Shown here piece by piece: positions 11,268-24,112 of a DNA stretch of 64,000 bases. Positions within the stretch are counted from its first letter, which is position 1; each line of letters starts with the position of its first letter. The notes beneath the pieces are model-generated. The model had not been told where the DNA came from, ran no database searches, and saw only the letters and a program-made list of their open reading frames with translations. Source of the DNA: Azolla caroliniana (lineage: Eukaryota; Plantae; Polypodiophyta); assembly GCA_043228905.1 (NCBI GenBank), contig JBHGNT010000017.1:5084001-5148000 (forward strand). The letters are read 5' to 3'. The translations under genes were made by a program, and so were the position numbers.

Positions 11268-14200
11268 GTCGGGTTCACCAAAGATGTCGAGGAAATACGA
11301 CGAGGATACGTGAACGTTGAGGCAAGACCCCGGGGCCTTTGACTAGAGGATATCAAATTCGTGTATTTATGTACTAAGAATTAACCGAAATGAGAAAGAT
11401 TAACAAATTTCATTAACAAGTAGAAAGAAAGATTACAATTAATCCCAAGATTGGGATTACAAAAAAATTTGCTAATCGAGATGGCTAGAGTAATAGATTA
11501 GAGGAAATTAAGATATGAATTCTATAGAAAATTAGGGTTTTTGGTTTTGATAAGAGATTATGGTTTTATGAGTTGAATAGCTTCCGTATGGAAATTTAGG
11601 GTTATGAGTAAGATATGGCTTCCGTAAGGAAATTAGGGTTTACTTGAGAGATATGGCTTTGATAAGATAGGGGAGCTCCGAAGGAAAAGAAAAACAATAT
11701 AATATGGAGAGAGCCTGACTGTAAGAAGAAAAATGGAATATATATAGAGTTCTCCCTTGATCATAGCCTTTCCACTTTTTGTTGCATAGCCTCTACTTTT
11801 AGTTGCCTAGCTTTTTCTTTTAGTTGCATCTATTTTTAGTTGCATGGCTTTTTCTTTTAGTTGCATGTGACCGTCCACATGACCTTTACTTTTTGCATGC
11901 ACTCCAACTTCAGTTGCTTGCGTCCACATGGCCTTTACTTTAGTTCTCTTCACTTTACTTTAGTTTGTTGCATGATCCAATCTTTTGTCCCTCCGCGTCC
12001 AACCTTGTCCGGTAGCCGGTTCCATTTTGCTTGCCGGCCGGTTCCGGTTCCAATTTTGCTTGCCGGCCGGTTCCGCTTCCGGTTTGCTTGCCGGTTCTGG
12101 TTTTGCTTGCCGGCCGGTTCCGCTTCCGGTTTGCTGGCCGGTTCCGATTCCGGATTTGCTTACCGATTCCGGTTCCGGTTTTGCTTACCGGCCGATTCCG
12201 GTTTTGCTTGTCGGCCGGTTCCGGTTCCAGTTTGCTTGCCGGTTCCGGTTCCGGTTTTGCTTACTAGCCGGTTTCTGGTTTGCATACTGGTTCCAGTTCC
12301 GGTTCCAGTTTTGCTTACCGGCCTGTTTCCGGTTTGCATACCGGCCAGTTTCCGGATTTGCTTACCGGACCCGTTTTCCAGATTTGCTTACCGGCCGGTT
12401 TCCGGTTTTAGGGAATTTGGCCACCATCATCCATCAAAACAAAGTGGCCAAAGTACTCTTAGCACAAATGAAAAACAAGGGAGCTCAAGGTGCTTATATA
12501 GCCAGGGCCTTAACTTTCCTATCTATGTGAGATAGTTCTAATTTCCCTATCTTCTCAAACTTTATTTTCACATAACTTGATTTGTATTTCTCCATTTTGT
12601 ATATAGTAAAATACATTTTGAAGCTCTTGAGTATATCCATCTTTCTATAGTAAGCTACTAATCTAATCTATAATAATTATTTCATTATTTATTTACATAG
12701 TGTGAGGAGATTCACATGACAACGCACGGGAGAGACAGAGAGAGAGAGAGAGAGACTAAACACAGAAAAAATAAATTCAAAAACTAACACTTTGTACATA
12801 CATCGTGCTCAATGAGCACCTTTTATACAAGCCCTGACAATGGGCTGACACAAGCACTGACAGTACTTGACTGCTCATAAATGAGCCTTGACTCTTACTC
12901 CCAAAACTATTCCTTACGAGGAATATCTCACTAACGGCCTTTCGGTTTACGCACCGATACGGCCTTCCTACGCACCGGTCTGTGTACCGGTTTCCAACCG
13001 ATCCGGCCTAACCGATCAGTCCCAACGGATCCGGTCCTCGCCTTGCTCAACCGATCCAGCCGATGTTGAGCTTGTATCTCAACACTCCCCCTCAAGCACA
13101 ACTTGAGGCTCTTCGGGAGCTTCCTGATCACCGCTCTGGTTCCTCCTGGCTCCATGCCTAACTCGCGCTCCTTGGCCTATTCGACTCCACGCGCTTCGAC
13201 CCTTCCAGTCGCCTTGTCTGCTCCCATAGCCCTTCACAACTCCCTTGTTGTCGCGGTGTTGGAGCTTCTCCTACTGCCTTCTTTTCCCCTTGGCCCTTGG
13301 TTGATTCAGTGTATCCAAATCAAACATCCGAACCGACTTGGCTACCTTCGATAGGTTTTCGCTCTCGTCCGAGTTGGTTGTCTCCAACTTGTCTTCGGTC
13401 TTCTCACCCTTGACGGCGTCATCTCCCCCATGCTTGGTTGGCTTCGGCTCATCCGTTCGGCTGCTCCCCTTATGTCCGCTTTTGGACTCTTCCGCAGATC
13501 CGCCCTCAGCTTCTTTAGCCGATCCGAAGTCGAATTCGTCATCCAACTCAGTGTCGCGGCCTCTTCCGCTCCATTCCTGCTCCCTTGATCGATCTTTCGA
13601 GACTGTTCTCCCCCTCAAGTTTGGCACGTCGAGGTGACACAACCCAAGCGCACCAGAGAATTGCCGCAACTTGTCCAGACCAAGGGTCTTGGTGAAGATG
13701 TCGGCGGTTAGCCGATTCGTCGGAACATACTGAAGTTCGACTTCACCAGAAAGGACACACTCACGAACAAAATGGTAGTGCACCTCAATGTGCTTGGTCC
13801 GTGCGTGCAAAACGGGGTTCTTGCTGAGTTGGATGGTGCTGAGGTTGTCGCAGTAGATCGTCGTCGGTTCGGACACCTCCTCTTGCAGGTCCTTAAGTAG
13901 CCGCTTCAACCATATGGCTTCGCATGTCGCGATAGCTGCTCCTTGATACTCAGCTTCGGTGCTCGACGTTGCAATTGTCGGCTACTTCTTACTGCTCCAC
14001 GCTATCGCGGCACTCCCAAGAGAGAACACGTATCCGGACGTGGATCTGCAATCAGCCGCGTTGTCAGCCCAATCAGCATCTGTGTAGCCGACCAACTACG
14101 AGGTTGTACCGGTCTGGTATAGCAATCCCCGGTCCTTAGTGCTGCTTACGTACCGTAGTACGTGTTGCGCACACTGAAGGTGCTCCTTGGTAGGGCACGC

Positions 14201-15999
14201 CATGAACTAACTGATCACCCCGACCAGATAACTGAGATCGGGTCGGGTGATTGTCAAGTAGATATGGCTTCTGACAATTTGTCAAAACCTCGTCGGGTCG
14301 CATACCTTGCCGGAGTTGGGGCGAAGCTTGACGGTTCTATCCATCCCGAATTTGAAGAGCATATTGAGCGCGTAATGACATTTGCTGATGAGCATGCCTT
14401 CGCGGGTGCAGATCACTTCGATCCCGAGGAAGTAATGAAGGTCCCCCAGATCCTTCATGTCGAATGATGCCGCAAGCTGGAGCTTCATGCGGCTGATTTC
14501 ACCTAGGTCGGTGCCGGTGATGGCTAAGTCATCAACATATAGTGAGGAGTCCGATTTTGACATTGCAAAGCCCATCCGACGCAATTGTTGCGTGATCTTC
14601 GCGTTCCAGGCACGCGGGGCTTGCTTCAGTCCATAAAGGGACTTCTTCAATCGGCACACTACCGACGTGTTCATTCCGGAGTGATATCCGGGGGGTTGTA
14701 CCATGTACACCTGTTCCTCAAGCTCACCTTGCAGGAACGTATTCTTTACATCCATCTGATGTAAGTGCCACCCTTTTGCTGCAACTACCGCGAGCAAAAC
14801 ACGGACGGTTGTCATCTTTGCGACCGGCGCAAACATCTCATCGTAGTTGATGACATGTTTCTGCGCGTAGCCTTTTGCTACTAACCGGGGCTTGTATCGG
14901 TTGACCGAGCCGTCGGTGTTGTACTTGACCTTGTACACCCACGTACATCCGATCGGCTTCACACCCTTCGGTATGTCAACCAGGTCCCAGGTCTCGTTTT
15001 CCGCCAATGCGTGCATCTCTTCCTCCATCGCGGCGCGCCAATTCGCGTCCTTAGCCGCTTATGCGTAGCTCTCCAGCTCACGCACTTCCGCTACACGGGT
15101 CATGTACGCATAATGAAGCGCCATGTACTCGTTGTATCCGAACCGCACAACTGGGTTCTTCTGGCGGGTAGATTGGCGTAATCGGTCATTAGCCGATGTC
15201 GAGGTCTTCTCGACCGACGCAGACTTCGCTCTTGAAGACCCGTCACCGCTTCCCTCGGAGTCGAACTCGCGTCGGTCTGACTCGTTCCTATCCGTCCCAG
15301 AATCCGACACCTTCTTCTTCCCTTTCTCTTTCCACGTAAGCTGTCTCCTCGGCTTCCTGCGCGAGGAATGCAGAGCCGAGTCTCCACGACTTGTTGGCTC
15401 TTCATCGGACTGGTCGAACCGACTCAGTAGTTCATTCGGTCCACTTAACCGAAACGAAATCAGACTCTCTTGGGTCCCGATTTCAGGCTCATCCGGAGAC
15501 ACCTTGGCCTCGCTGACCTCATCGTCAGAGCTCGGATTGGAGTTGAGATCCGGAGTCGGAGGCAAGTACCAGGACGCGGACTCATCAAACACAACGTCGC
15601 GGCTCACGAGCGCTTGTTTGGTGCGCAGGTTATAACACTTATAACCCTTCTGCTCGTCAGAGTAACCGACCAACATACATTTCTCGGCCTTTGCATCAAG
15701 CTTCCTCCATTTCTCCTTCAGCACATGCACATTCGCAGTCCTACCAAAAACTCGTAAGTGTCGCAAGTTCGGCTTCGTTCTAAAATATAGCTCGTGCGCC
15801 GACACTTTTTCTCCGATCCGATTATGGATGTATACCGCAATTCGTACCGCCTCGGCCCAGTAGAACTTGGGCAAGCTCTTCTCCTCCAGCATTGCCCGTG
15901 CCGCTTCCACAACCGACAGATTTTTCCTCTCGTCCACGCCGTTTTGCTCCGACGTGTATCTACAACTGAATTTGCGCTGAATTCCCATCTGTTGTAGAT

Positions 16000-16282
16000 T
16001 GACGGGAACCCAACGTTCCTTTTGCGCGAAGCTCGGCCACAACCGAGCTTGGAATGATACATAGAAAATGGGAAATAAAACACGACACAAAGGAGAGGAA
16101 GATATACACACACTACACAGGAGGTTTACATGGAAAACCCCAAACTAGGGGAAAAAACCACGGCAGCCCACAGGCTGCAAACTGTCACTATGTATGAATG
16201 TACACAACAGTGAGTTCTCGGAGGCAACGACCTCGGACTCACCCTCTCCGCCACAGGCGGCGGTTACAACAGAGGCAGCGAC

Positions 16283-16314
<32 letters not shown>

Positions 16315-16821
16315 GTACAACGTTGCACACTCTCTCTTCTTTTGCACCAACAAGGAAGAAAATGACAACAACTAGTAGTTTGCCCTAAGTCATATTTATA
16401 CCAGTATGACTTTTCGGCTATTTACAAATATAGCCACGATGGGCTCTCAGAAACGTATTTACGAATATGTCTCTTCCTCCGGTTTGTACCGGGCCTGCAC
16501 CATCCGGCTCTCCGTAGCCAGGTACTCCTCATCCGGTTCATACCGGGCCTGCACCATCCGGCTCTCCGTAGCCAGGTACTCCTCATCCGGTTCATACCGG
16601 GCCTGCACCATCCGGCTCTCCATAGCCAGGTACTCCTCATCCAGTTCATACCGGGCCTGCACCATCCGGCTCTCCGTAGCCAGGTACTCCTCATCCGGTT
16701 CATACCGGGCCTGCACCATCCGGCTCTCCGTAGCCGGGTACTCCTCATACTGTTTCCCAACATAGATAACCGTTGGCACTGTTCTTCTCCCTTCCCATCC
16801 GGAGGGACCTATCTCCCAACA
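16000..16821 (-). mobile_element. Solo LTR (Copia family related to 55815-61395) inserted in the Copia integrase
   Basis: TGTTGGGA...CCCGTCA on the minus strand, TSD TAGAT at 15995-15999 and 16822-16826. It shares GGTCCCTCCGGATGGGA and GGCTATATTTGTAAATAGCC...TATAAATATGACTTAGGGCAAAC with the 55815 LTR. The host reading frame FNGYL|QQMGIQ rejoins across it. Confidence 0.92.
16489..16749. repeat. 54-bp tandem repeat (about 5 copies) in U3 of the solo LTR
   Basis: Unit CCGGGCCTGCACCATCCGGCTCTCCGTAGCCAGGTACTCCTCATCCGGTTCATA. Confidence 0.9.
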
Positions 16822-18727
16822 TAGATAACCGTTGAATTGACCGGAAAAGTACTCTTTTCCGCCATCCGACCACAGGCACTTGATCTTTCTTCCTGTTTCC
16901 GTTTCCACGAACCCTTTGAGGTCCCGGAAACAGTCGAAGACTTCGCTCTTCCTCTCAATGAGGTAGATCCACATGTGTAGCGTGTAGTCGTCGATGAAGG
17001 AGACGAAATATCGGCTCCCGCCAAGACTAACGTTTTGTGTCGACCCCCACACATTGAAGTGTATCAAGTCGAGCTTGTTCCGGCTCCGGTTACGCTCGTT
17101 GGGGAAGGGAAGTCGGTGTTGCTTCCCAAGCTGGCAGGCTTCACAAATTTGTGCCTTCAAGCCACTAAATTTGGGCAATCCGAACACCACTTGTTTCGAT
17201 TGCAAGTCTTGAAGCCGTTGGTAGTTGACGTGACCTATCCGCTTGTGCCATAAGTCGATGTCCGACTCGACTTTTTGTCCCTTCGCGAACATTGTGGTGC
17301 CACCGTCAGTAGAGTCGAGGATGAACATCCTCCCATCTCTACGCCCTTGCGCAATAACACGGCCTTCTTCCTCAATGAAGCACCCGAGCTGTGTAATCCG
17401 GACCTCCATCCCTTGGTCAACGATCTGTCCGACCGACACCAAGTTCTTCATGATTGTCGGGACGTGTAGCACATTCATGAGTTTCCCTTTCTGCCTGACA
17501 TGGCTCATGGTAACTTCTCCGACATTCGCGATCGAATGCGGAGTGTCATCTCCGGTTGCGACTACTCCCGGTTGCATCGGTTTTTCTAGGTACAAGAACC
17601 ACTCCTTATGGCTCGTCATGTGATTTGACACGCCGGAGTCGACGTACCACACCTCATCTGATTTTGGGGTGGTCTGCTTCATTGATTTTGCTTCATGTCT
17701 TGTCATGAAGACTGACCCTTTTCCGGCTTCTCCGGATCCTTCAGCGTAGTGCGATCGCTGCCGGTTTCCTTTGTCGGTATGTCCGGAACCAGATCCGAAA
17801 TCGGTTCTCCCCAACTCGGTGCGCTTTTTCCAGCACTCGCTCTCCCTGTGGCCTTTCTTGCCACAGTACCAGCATTCCACAGTGGATTTCCCTTGCCGGT
17901 TCTCGTCGCCTCGACTCCCCCTGTTTCCGGAGGGTTCAGAGTTGTTGTTGGCATCACTTCGGTGCCTTCTTCCTTGATCTTATCGGCCGCCTCCATTGCG
18001 CACCGACTCGCCTCGTCCTCCACGTCCACATGGCCTATCTCCTTCCATGTACAGCATCTTGTTGTCGGTGTGCGTGCTCGTTGACGCACCCACTTGGTTC
18101 TCCTCTATAAGGAGCATCGACTGTAAGTCAAGAAAGGACGGTGTATTCTCCCGGGTACACACAGCAGTTCGGAACACCCCGAACATCGACGCCAAACCCT
18201 GAGACATATCTGGACCATCTCGCTTTCCTCGATGTTCACATCGATGGAAGCTAAGGAGTCACATATGTCCTTGATCTTCGAGGTATAGTCAGCCACCGAC
18301 AAATCGCGTTGTCATAGGTTGCTCAACTCTTGTCAGAGCTGAAGCTTCCTGGCTGTGGTGCTCACGGCGAAGATCTTTTTCAGATTTTCCCTCGCACCCT
18401 TCGGCGTTTTTGCATCCCGAACGTAGCTTAATAGCTATTCGCCCACACAAGGCACGAAACAGTACAGCACTCTGCTCGCCGATTGTTCCCACGCCGGAAG
18501 TCTTTGTGTGTCGATTCGGATGCAGCATCATTCACTCCTTTGACATAGCTCCAATAATCGTGCCCAAGCAGGTACTGGTGCATCTTGTAGGACCAAGATG
18601 CATAGTTGGTTCTATCGAGCTTCTCCATCAGAAGCATGCTAGCCATTCCTCTGTCCATCGGTTTTCTTGTTCTTCTTCGTTGGTTTTCCTTCAAGCAAAG
18701 TTAGTTGCAGAGGTTCTCAACCCTCGT

Positions 18728-18739
18728 GCTCTGATACCA
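18728..18739 (-). promoter_or_regulatory. Primer binding site (initiator tRNA-Met)
   Basis: TGGTATCAGAGC on the minus strand, directly after the 5' LTR. Confidence 0.9.
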
Positions 18740-19502
18740 TGAAAAGAATGGCGTGCGGAAGCAATATAGGAAACCGAACAACAGAAAACGCATGTTTAAT
18801 GGAAAGCTTAGGTTTGCACAGTACACACGGGAGAGACAAAGAGAGAGAGAGACTAAACACAGAAAAAATAAATTCAAAAACTAACACTCTATACATACAT
18901 CGTGCTCAGTGAGCACCTTTTATACAAGCCCTGACAATGGACTGACACAAGTACTGACAGTATTTGACTGCTCATAACTGAACCTCGACTCTTACTCCCA
19001 AAACTATTCCTTATGAGGAATATCTCTCTAACGGCCTTTCGGTTTACGCACCGATACGGCCTTCCTACGCACCGGTCTGCGTAGCGGTTTCCAACCGATC
19101 CGGCCTAACCGATCGGTCCCAACCGATCCAGTCCTCAGCTTGCTCAGCTGATCCGGCCGATGTTGAGCTTGTCTCTCAACATATATTATGTGAAGAGAGT
19201 ATACAATAGTAGGTAAGAGGCTTAAGACTGGCGTTGAACCGATTTGGTTCGCAATAATGCCTTGTGCCTCCTTTTATAGTATTCTCAAGTGTACTCTTGA
19301 AGTTTCTAAAATGTTCCAGAGAAATTTGGAATATACATCAATTTTCTATAATAAAAATTAAATGAAAATAATAATACATTATATGTATTACAATAGATGG
19401 TATAATGGTCAAGAGCTCAACCTATGTAACCTAAGGTTATGGGTTCAAGTCTTACCATATCATGACACTGTCCCCTTTTCAAAACGACGAGTGTCACGAG
19501 TT

Positions 19503-19748
19503 GTTTTGGATTGAGGACTCGATTTGTTTGGATATTGAAGACGGAAGTCTTCAAGAAGAGCACGAGCATTGGTCACATTCTCTCGTTTTGGATTGAGGAC
19601 CCGATTTGTTTGGATATTGACGATGGAAGTCTTCAAAAAGAGCACGAGCATTGGTCACATTCTCTCGTTTTGGATTGAGGACCCGATTTGTTTGGATATT
19701 GACGATGGAAGTCTTCAAGAAGAGCACGAGCATTGGTCACATTCTCTA
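19503..19748. repeat. 82-bp triplication at the end of the chromodomain coding region of chromovirus copy 2
   Basis: TGGATTGAGGAC recurs at 19507, 19589 and 19671. Confidence 0.88.
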
Positions 19749-21838
19749 TCAGTTCCCAAGTACGCTAGATGGGACTATATCCTAGCCAATCGACTAAATA
19801 GTAGAGATTGTTGCGAACAATCTTGGAATCGAGGATTGCGGCAACCTTGTACTCAGGTCCATCTTCAAGCTCGATCGGGGGTGGATGTTGTGGAATACGT
19901 CCTCGGATGGTGCTGTCTTGATAGGGTTCGAGGAGAGAACTATGAAACACCAGATGTATGCGAAGTTGCAGGGGTAGATCGAGACAAAAAGCGACATCAT
20001 TAATCTTTCCGATAATATAGAAAGGACCTAATCGCCTATAATCCAACTTCTCGCATGGGCGAGTAGTCTTGATGTGTCGTCGTAGTAGCCATACCCGATC
20101 TCCAATGTTAACACTGTATGGAAGCCGATGACGATCCGCGTAAACCTTGTGTGTTTGTTGAGCTTGTTGTAGATGAGTACATAAATCTGCTTGTATCTTG
20201 TGTAACCGCTCCAAACATCCTTAGTGCAAGGATTTGTGGGTAACTCTCAGGTTTCAAATACACACCACCGGGGGTGACAACCCGTATAAGCATAAAATGG
20301 CGTAACTTTAGTCGATGAGTGGACAGAGTTATTATAGGCAAATTCGGCGAAGTGGAGAATATCCGCCAAGTCACCCTGATCATAGTTTAGAAAGCGCCGA
20401 AGATACTGCTCTAGTGTTTGATTTGTTCGTTCTGCTTGGCCGTCGGTTTGCGGGTGGTAGCCGGAGGAGAGGTTACAAGTGACTTTGAGCATTTTAAATA
20501 GGTGCTTCCAGAATTTTGAGACAAACTGGGGTCCACGGTCACTGATGATATTATCAGGAAGGCCATGATGCCGACATACTTCATGCATGACAATTTCAGC
20601 GGTTTCTTCACTATTGATTTCCTTAGTACATGGCAGGAAATGAGCCATCTTCGTATATCAATCTACTATTGTTAAAATCGCATTGAATCCCTTAGAGACT
20701 GGAAGATCTGTGATGAAATCTAAAGTAATGGATTGCCATGGCTTGCATGGAATTGGTAATAGTTCTAATAAACCATATGCATGATGCCTTCGCACTTTTG
20801 CTCTACAACATGTATCACAAGTCCGAACAAAATCTTCAAAAAATTGTCGCATATAGGGCAACCAGAATGATCATTGTACTAAATCTAATGTCTTAGTACT
20901 ACCAAAATGCCCAGTTGTATATGTGTCATGACAGTTTTGGACTACTCGAAGGCGGCAAGAACCATTAGGAACATACAAGAGTTTCTTAAAGAATAGTAAT
21001 CCATCATGACATTCGAATTGTTGATAGTTCGTACCTGGTTGTTGCGACTATGAACAAGATGCTCGAGAGGGATCAATTTGTGCTAGAACGGCTTGGGCAA
21101 AAGCATCTGTCTTCAAGTCCTCACGTTGTCGTGAAGATTTTCGTCCACAAGCGGAAACCCGAGCAACGAGAGCCAAAGAGCCATGTGCAACATTGCACAC
21201 GTACATAATGTATTTGTAATAGTAATAAGGGGTAAAGTGTATGGTGCTAGAAATGCCCCATAGGATCCCTAAGGCATAAAGGTGATGTGGTCTTGTGAGC
21301 ACATCCACGCGAGAGAGAGAGAGAGAGAGGTACTATGCGGTACATAGATACCTAGTTGTTTGTGTGGAGGTGGGAGTTAAGGGGCCATCAATCTCACCCT
21401 CCCCAAATCAAGGCAAATATCCCCTTTGAATGAAAGGGGATATTTTAGTCTCACTTTTGTAAACAGTCTTCCCTCCTTGTGCTATAAAAGGAGAGGGAAG
21501 GCACCATTGTAAGGGTTGCCTATTTTGAGTGTGCGAGGTATACCACATAGGTCGAGCGTTAGGGTTAGGGTTAGGGTTTCTTTATCTTTATCTTCATCTT
21601 CGTCGATTAGGGTTTCGAGTAGTCGTTTGGTGCGGCCTATGCGGCCACCATTTTGTAATCGTTCATTTCGTTTTAATACATCTTATTGATCGTCTTGTCT
21701 CCTTCTTCCTCTTGATCATTCTTCTTCTTCTTGAGCAAAGCTTCCATTCCATGTCCGATTCCTTCTCCTCTACTCCTTAGTCCAAGACCCCCGTGGTCCC
21801 GCCCTTCTCCACGCACGCGCGTAGCAACGCGACATATT

Positions 21839-21855
21839 TGGTGAACCCGACGTGA
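21839..21855 (+). promoter_or_regulatory. Primer binding site complementary to the 3' end of plant cytosolic tRNA-Trp
   Basis: Reverse complement TCACGTCGGGTTCACCA matches the tRNA-Trp 3' end as I recall it; identical in element B. Confidence 0.75.
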
Positions 21856-22245
21856 AGAGGCGGCAAGGGAGGAAGGAGATGGAAGACGGAGGGGTGAAAG
21901 CATGCGAGTGGAAACAATTAGCTATGTCCTTGACATAGCTAATTAGCGATGCAAAAAGTTACCATTGATAAATAGTCATTTTAGTAAAAAGCCATCATTA
22001 ATAAATTAAGTATGCAAAAAACTACCATTGAATATACTAGAGTGTTTTAATTACATATGTAAATGAGTGCCATAAATGTGCAACATAAATTGATGTGTGC
22101 ACCATAAATGTGTACCATAAATTATATATCGAATTCCTAGGTCCATTATGCATGATCCTTTGCCACATCACGTAGGCTATCTCTAGTTGAGTACTGTGGG
22201 TTAGTTGCTACCACTGTTGCTAAACCCTATCGAGTCCACCTGCCG

Positions 22246-23090
22246 CCACTCTACACTGAGGGGCCGCTACTGTGCGTTCCAAGCATCATCAAAGAGCTGC
22301 TCAATCTGACGGGGTTCTCTTCTCTGTGACACTCTACACTCAGGGGCCACTACTGTGCATTCCAAGCATCATCAAAGAGCTGTTCAATCTGACGGGGTTC
22401 TCTTCTCTGTGCCACTCTACACTCAGGGGCCATTACTGTGCGTTCCAAGCATCATCAAAGAGCTGTTCAATCTGAGGGGGTTCTCTTCTCTGTGCCACTC
22501 TACACTCAGGGGCCATTACTTTGCATTCCAAGCATCATCAAAGAGCTGTTCAATCTGAGGGGGTTCTCTTCTCTGTGCCACTCTACACTCAGGGGCCGCT
22601 GCTGTGCGTTCCAAGCATCATCAAAGAGCTGTTCAATCTGACGGGGTTCTCTTCTCTTTGCCACTCTACACTCAGGGGTTGCTACTGTGCGTTCCAAGCA
22701 TAATCAAAGAGCTATTCAATCTGACGGGGTTCTCTTCTCTTTTCCACTCTCACTCAGGGGCCGCTACTGTGCGTTTCAAGCATCATTGGTAACTGTTCAA
22801 TCTGACGGGGTTCTCTTCTCTTTTCCACTCTCACTCAGGGGCCGCTACTGTGCGTTTCAAGCATCATTGGTAACTGTTCAATCTGACGGGGTTCTCTTCT
22901 CTATGCCACTCTATTCTCAAGTGCCTTCTATGTGCGTTTCAAGCATCATCGGTAACTGTTCAATCTGACGGGGTTCTCTCCTCCATTGCCATCATTCTAT
23001 ACTCAGTTGCCACTACTGTCCAGTCCCGGATTGCTTCCACATTTCGATTTGACGGAGTTCACTCATCCAACGGCAACATTCTACACTCAG
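22246..23090. repeat. 83-bp subterminal tandem repeat array (about 9-10 units, shortening to ~80 bp and decaying rightwards)
   Basis: Unit CCACTCTACACTCAGGGGCC...CAAGCATCATCAAAGAGCTGTTCAATCTGACGGGGTTCTCTTCTCTGTG; ORF starts are spaced exactly 83 bp apart. Confidence 0.93.
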
Positions 23091-23314
23091 TTGTTGCCAT
23101 TGGTCGGTCTTGGATCGCCTCCTCAACTGTTGGATCCAACAGAGTGAAATCCTCTACTGTTCGGTCTTGGATTGCAATAACTTTTCTGTCTATTGATTAT
23201 CTTGTGTATTGTTGTGTCTAATCTTGTGTATTGTGTGGAATATTTTTGTGTATTGTTGTTGCCCATAGCCATCTTTAATACTTGTTTTTTTTTCTGGAAA
23301 TTTAGGGTTTTAAC

Positions 23315-24064
23315 ATGTCTAGCCAAATGGAAGGGGAAGAAGGGTGTTTAGAATTACCCCTCAATGATCATAAGGATAGGGATGATGTTATCAGGACACA
23401 ACAAGCCATACGAAACTATTGGGCAGAAAAAAAAAGGAAACATCGTCAATTGTTGAAGGATACGAAAGCCACACTCAGTAAAGGTAAGGATAGTTTAGCT
23501 GAGAATGTAAGTAATGCGACTACCATCATAGAGAGAAAGGTTGTAGACTATTTCAATGTTCAAACCAAGCACATCAGCAATGAAGAAAAGAAGGTAGTAC
23601 TTTATGGAATATGTAATGATCCATCGATAAAGGACTTAGTTGATTGTGATGGTCTTAATGCAAACATATCATCTATTTTAGTAAATAATCTTCGTAATAG
23701 TTTCGTATCCATGAGCAGGTCAGAAGATGATCTTGTCTTAAAAAGGTCTAGTCTAATGATGTTACTTAATAGTGATGTTGACGATATAAACATCAGTGAG
23801 CTATCTAAGGTAATTGGTGTTAGTAGAAAAACAGTGTACAATACAATGAACCGTATAATTTCCTCGGGTGAAGGAACTAGTCTACTAAAGCTAACTACAA
23901 GATGTAAGCCAATGACACCCATAACATTTGAAATCAAGGATGTAATCACAATGTTTTGGACTAATGAGAGTAGGGTTTCACCCAATAAAAAGGATTTATG
24001 CAGGAAACGTGTTGGAAGAAATCAATACGAGGAGCATCCCATTCATCTTCTTGATGTACCTCAG
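23315..24064 (+). CDS. Sola2-like transposase, exon 1 (helix-turn-helix-like segment ISELSKVIGVSRKTVYN)
   Basis: Exactly 250 codons ending at a CAG|GTATTT donor; phase 0 matches exon 2. Confidence 0.8.
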
Positions 24065-24112
24065 GTATTTACATTTATCTCAACATTTGTTTTGACTCTA
24101 CTCGGAAAGTTA

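Larger units (their letters stand above)
5732..12721 (-). mobile_element. tRNA-Trp-primed Gypsy element B (gag and integrase; no recognisable PR/RT/RH), inserted in the Copia 3' LTR
   Basis: 5' LTR 11285-12721; 3' LTR 5732-6676 (about 490 bp shorter from an internal deletion). 4-bp TSD ATGC/ACGC. PBS TGGTGAACCCGACGTGA at 11264-11280 and a G-rich PPT at ~6677-6690. Confidence 0.9.
5645..19181 (-). mobile_element. Ty1/Copia LTR retrotransposon (degenerate gag-PR-IN-RT-RH) with nested insertions
   Basis: 5' LTR 18740-19181; 3' LTR 5645-5731 plus 12722-13084. TSD TATAT at 5640-5644 and 19182-19186. Met-tRNA PBS at 18728-18739 and PPT next to 13084. Motifs: CWYCGKKGHRESEC, WYVDSG, LWHKRIGH, SDGGKEY, QMDVKNTFL, RTKHIEVHYHF. 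Confidence 0.93.

Noticed and set aside
16459-16821. YLATESRMVQARYEPDEE repeats at the end of the 473-aa Copia ORF
   Set aside because: Read-through from the integrase into the inserted solo LTR's 54-bp repeat.
21559-21577. (TTAGGG)3 telomere-like run (also ~37471-37488)
   Set aside because: A short motif inside both LTRs of element C, not a telomere or fusion scar.
21887-21891. Alternative 5-bp TSD CGGAG for the DNA transposon
   Set aside because: It would make the TIRs asymmetric (GGG versus CC); a 4-bp GGAG gives symmetric ends and fits Sola2.
22246-23090. Regularly spaced repeats suggesting a CRISPR array
   Set aside because: Units are contiguous tandem copies with no unique spacers, there are no cas genes, and the context is eukaryotic.
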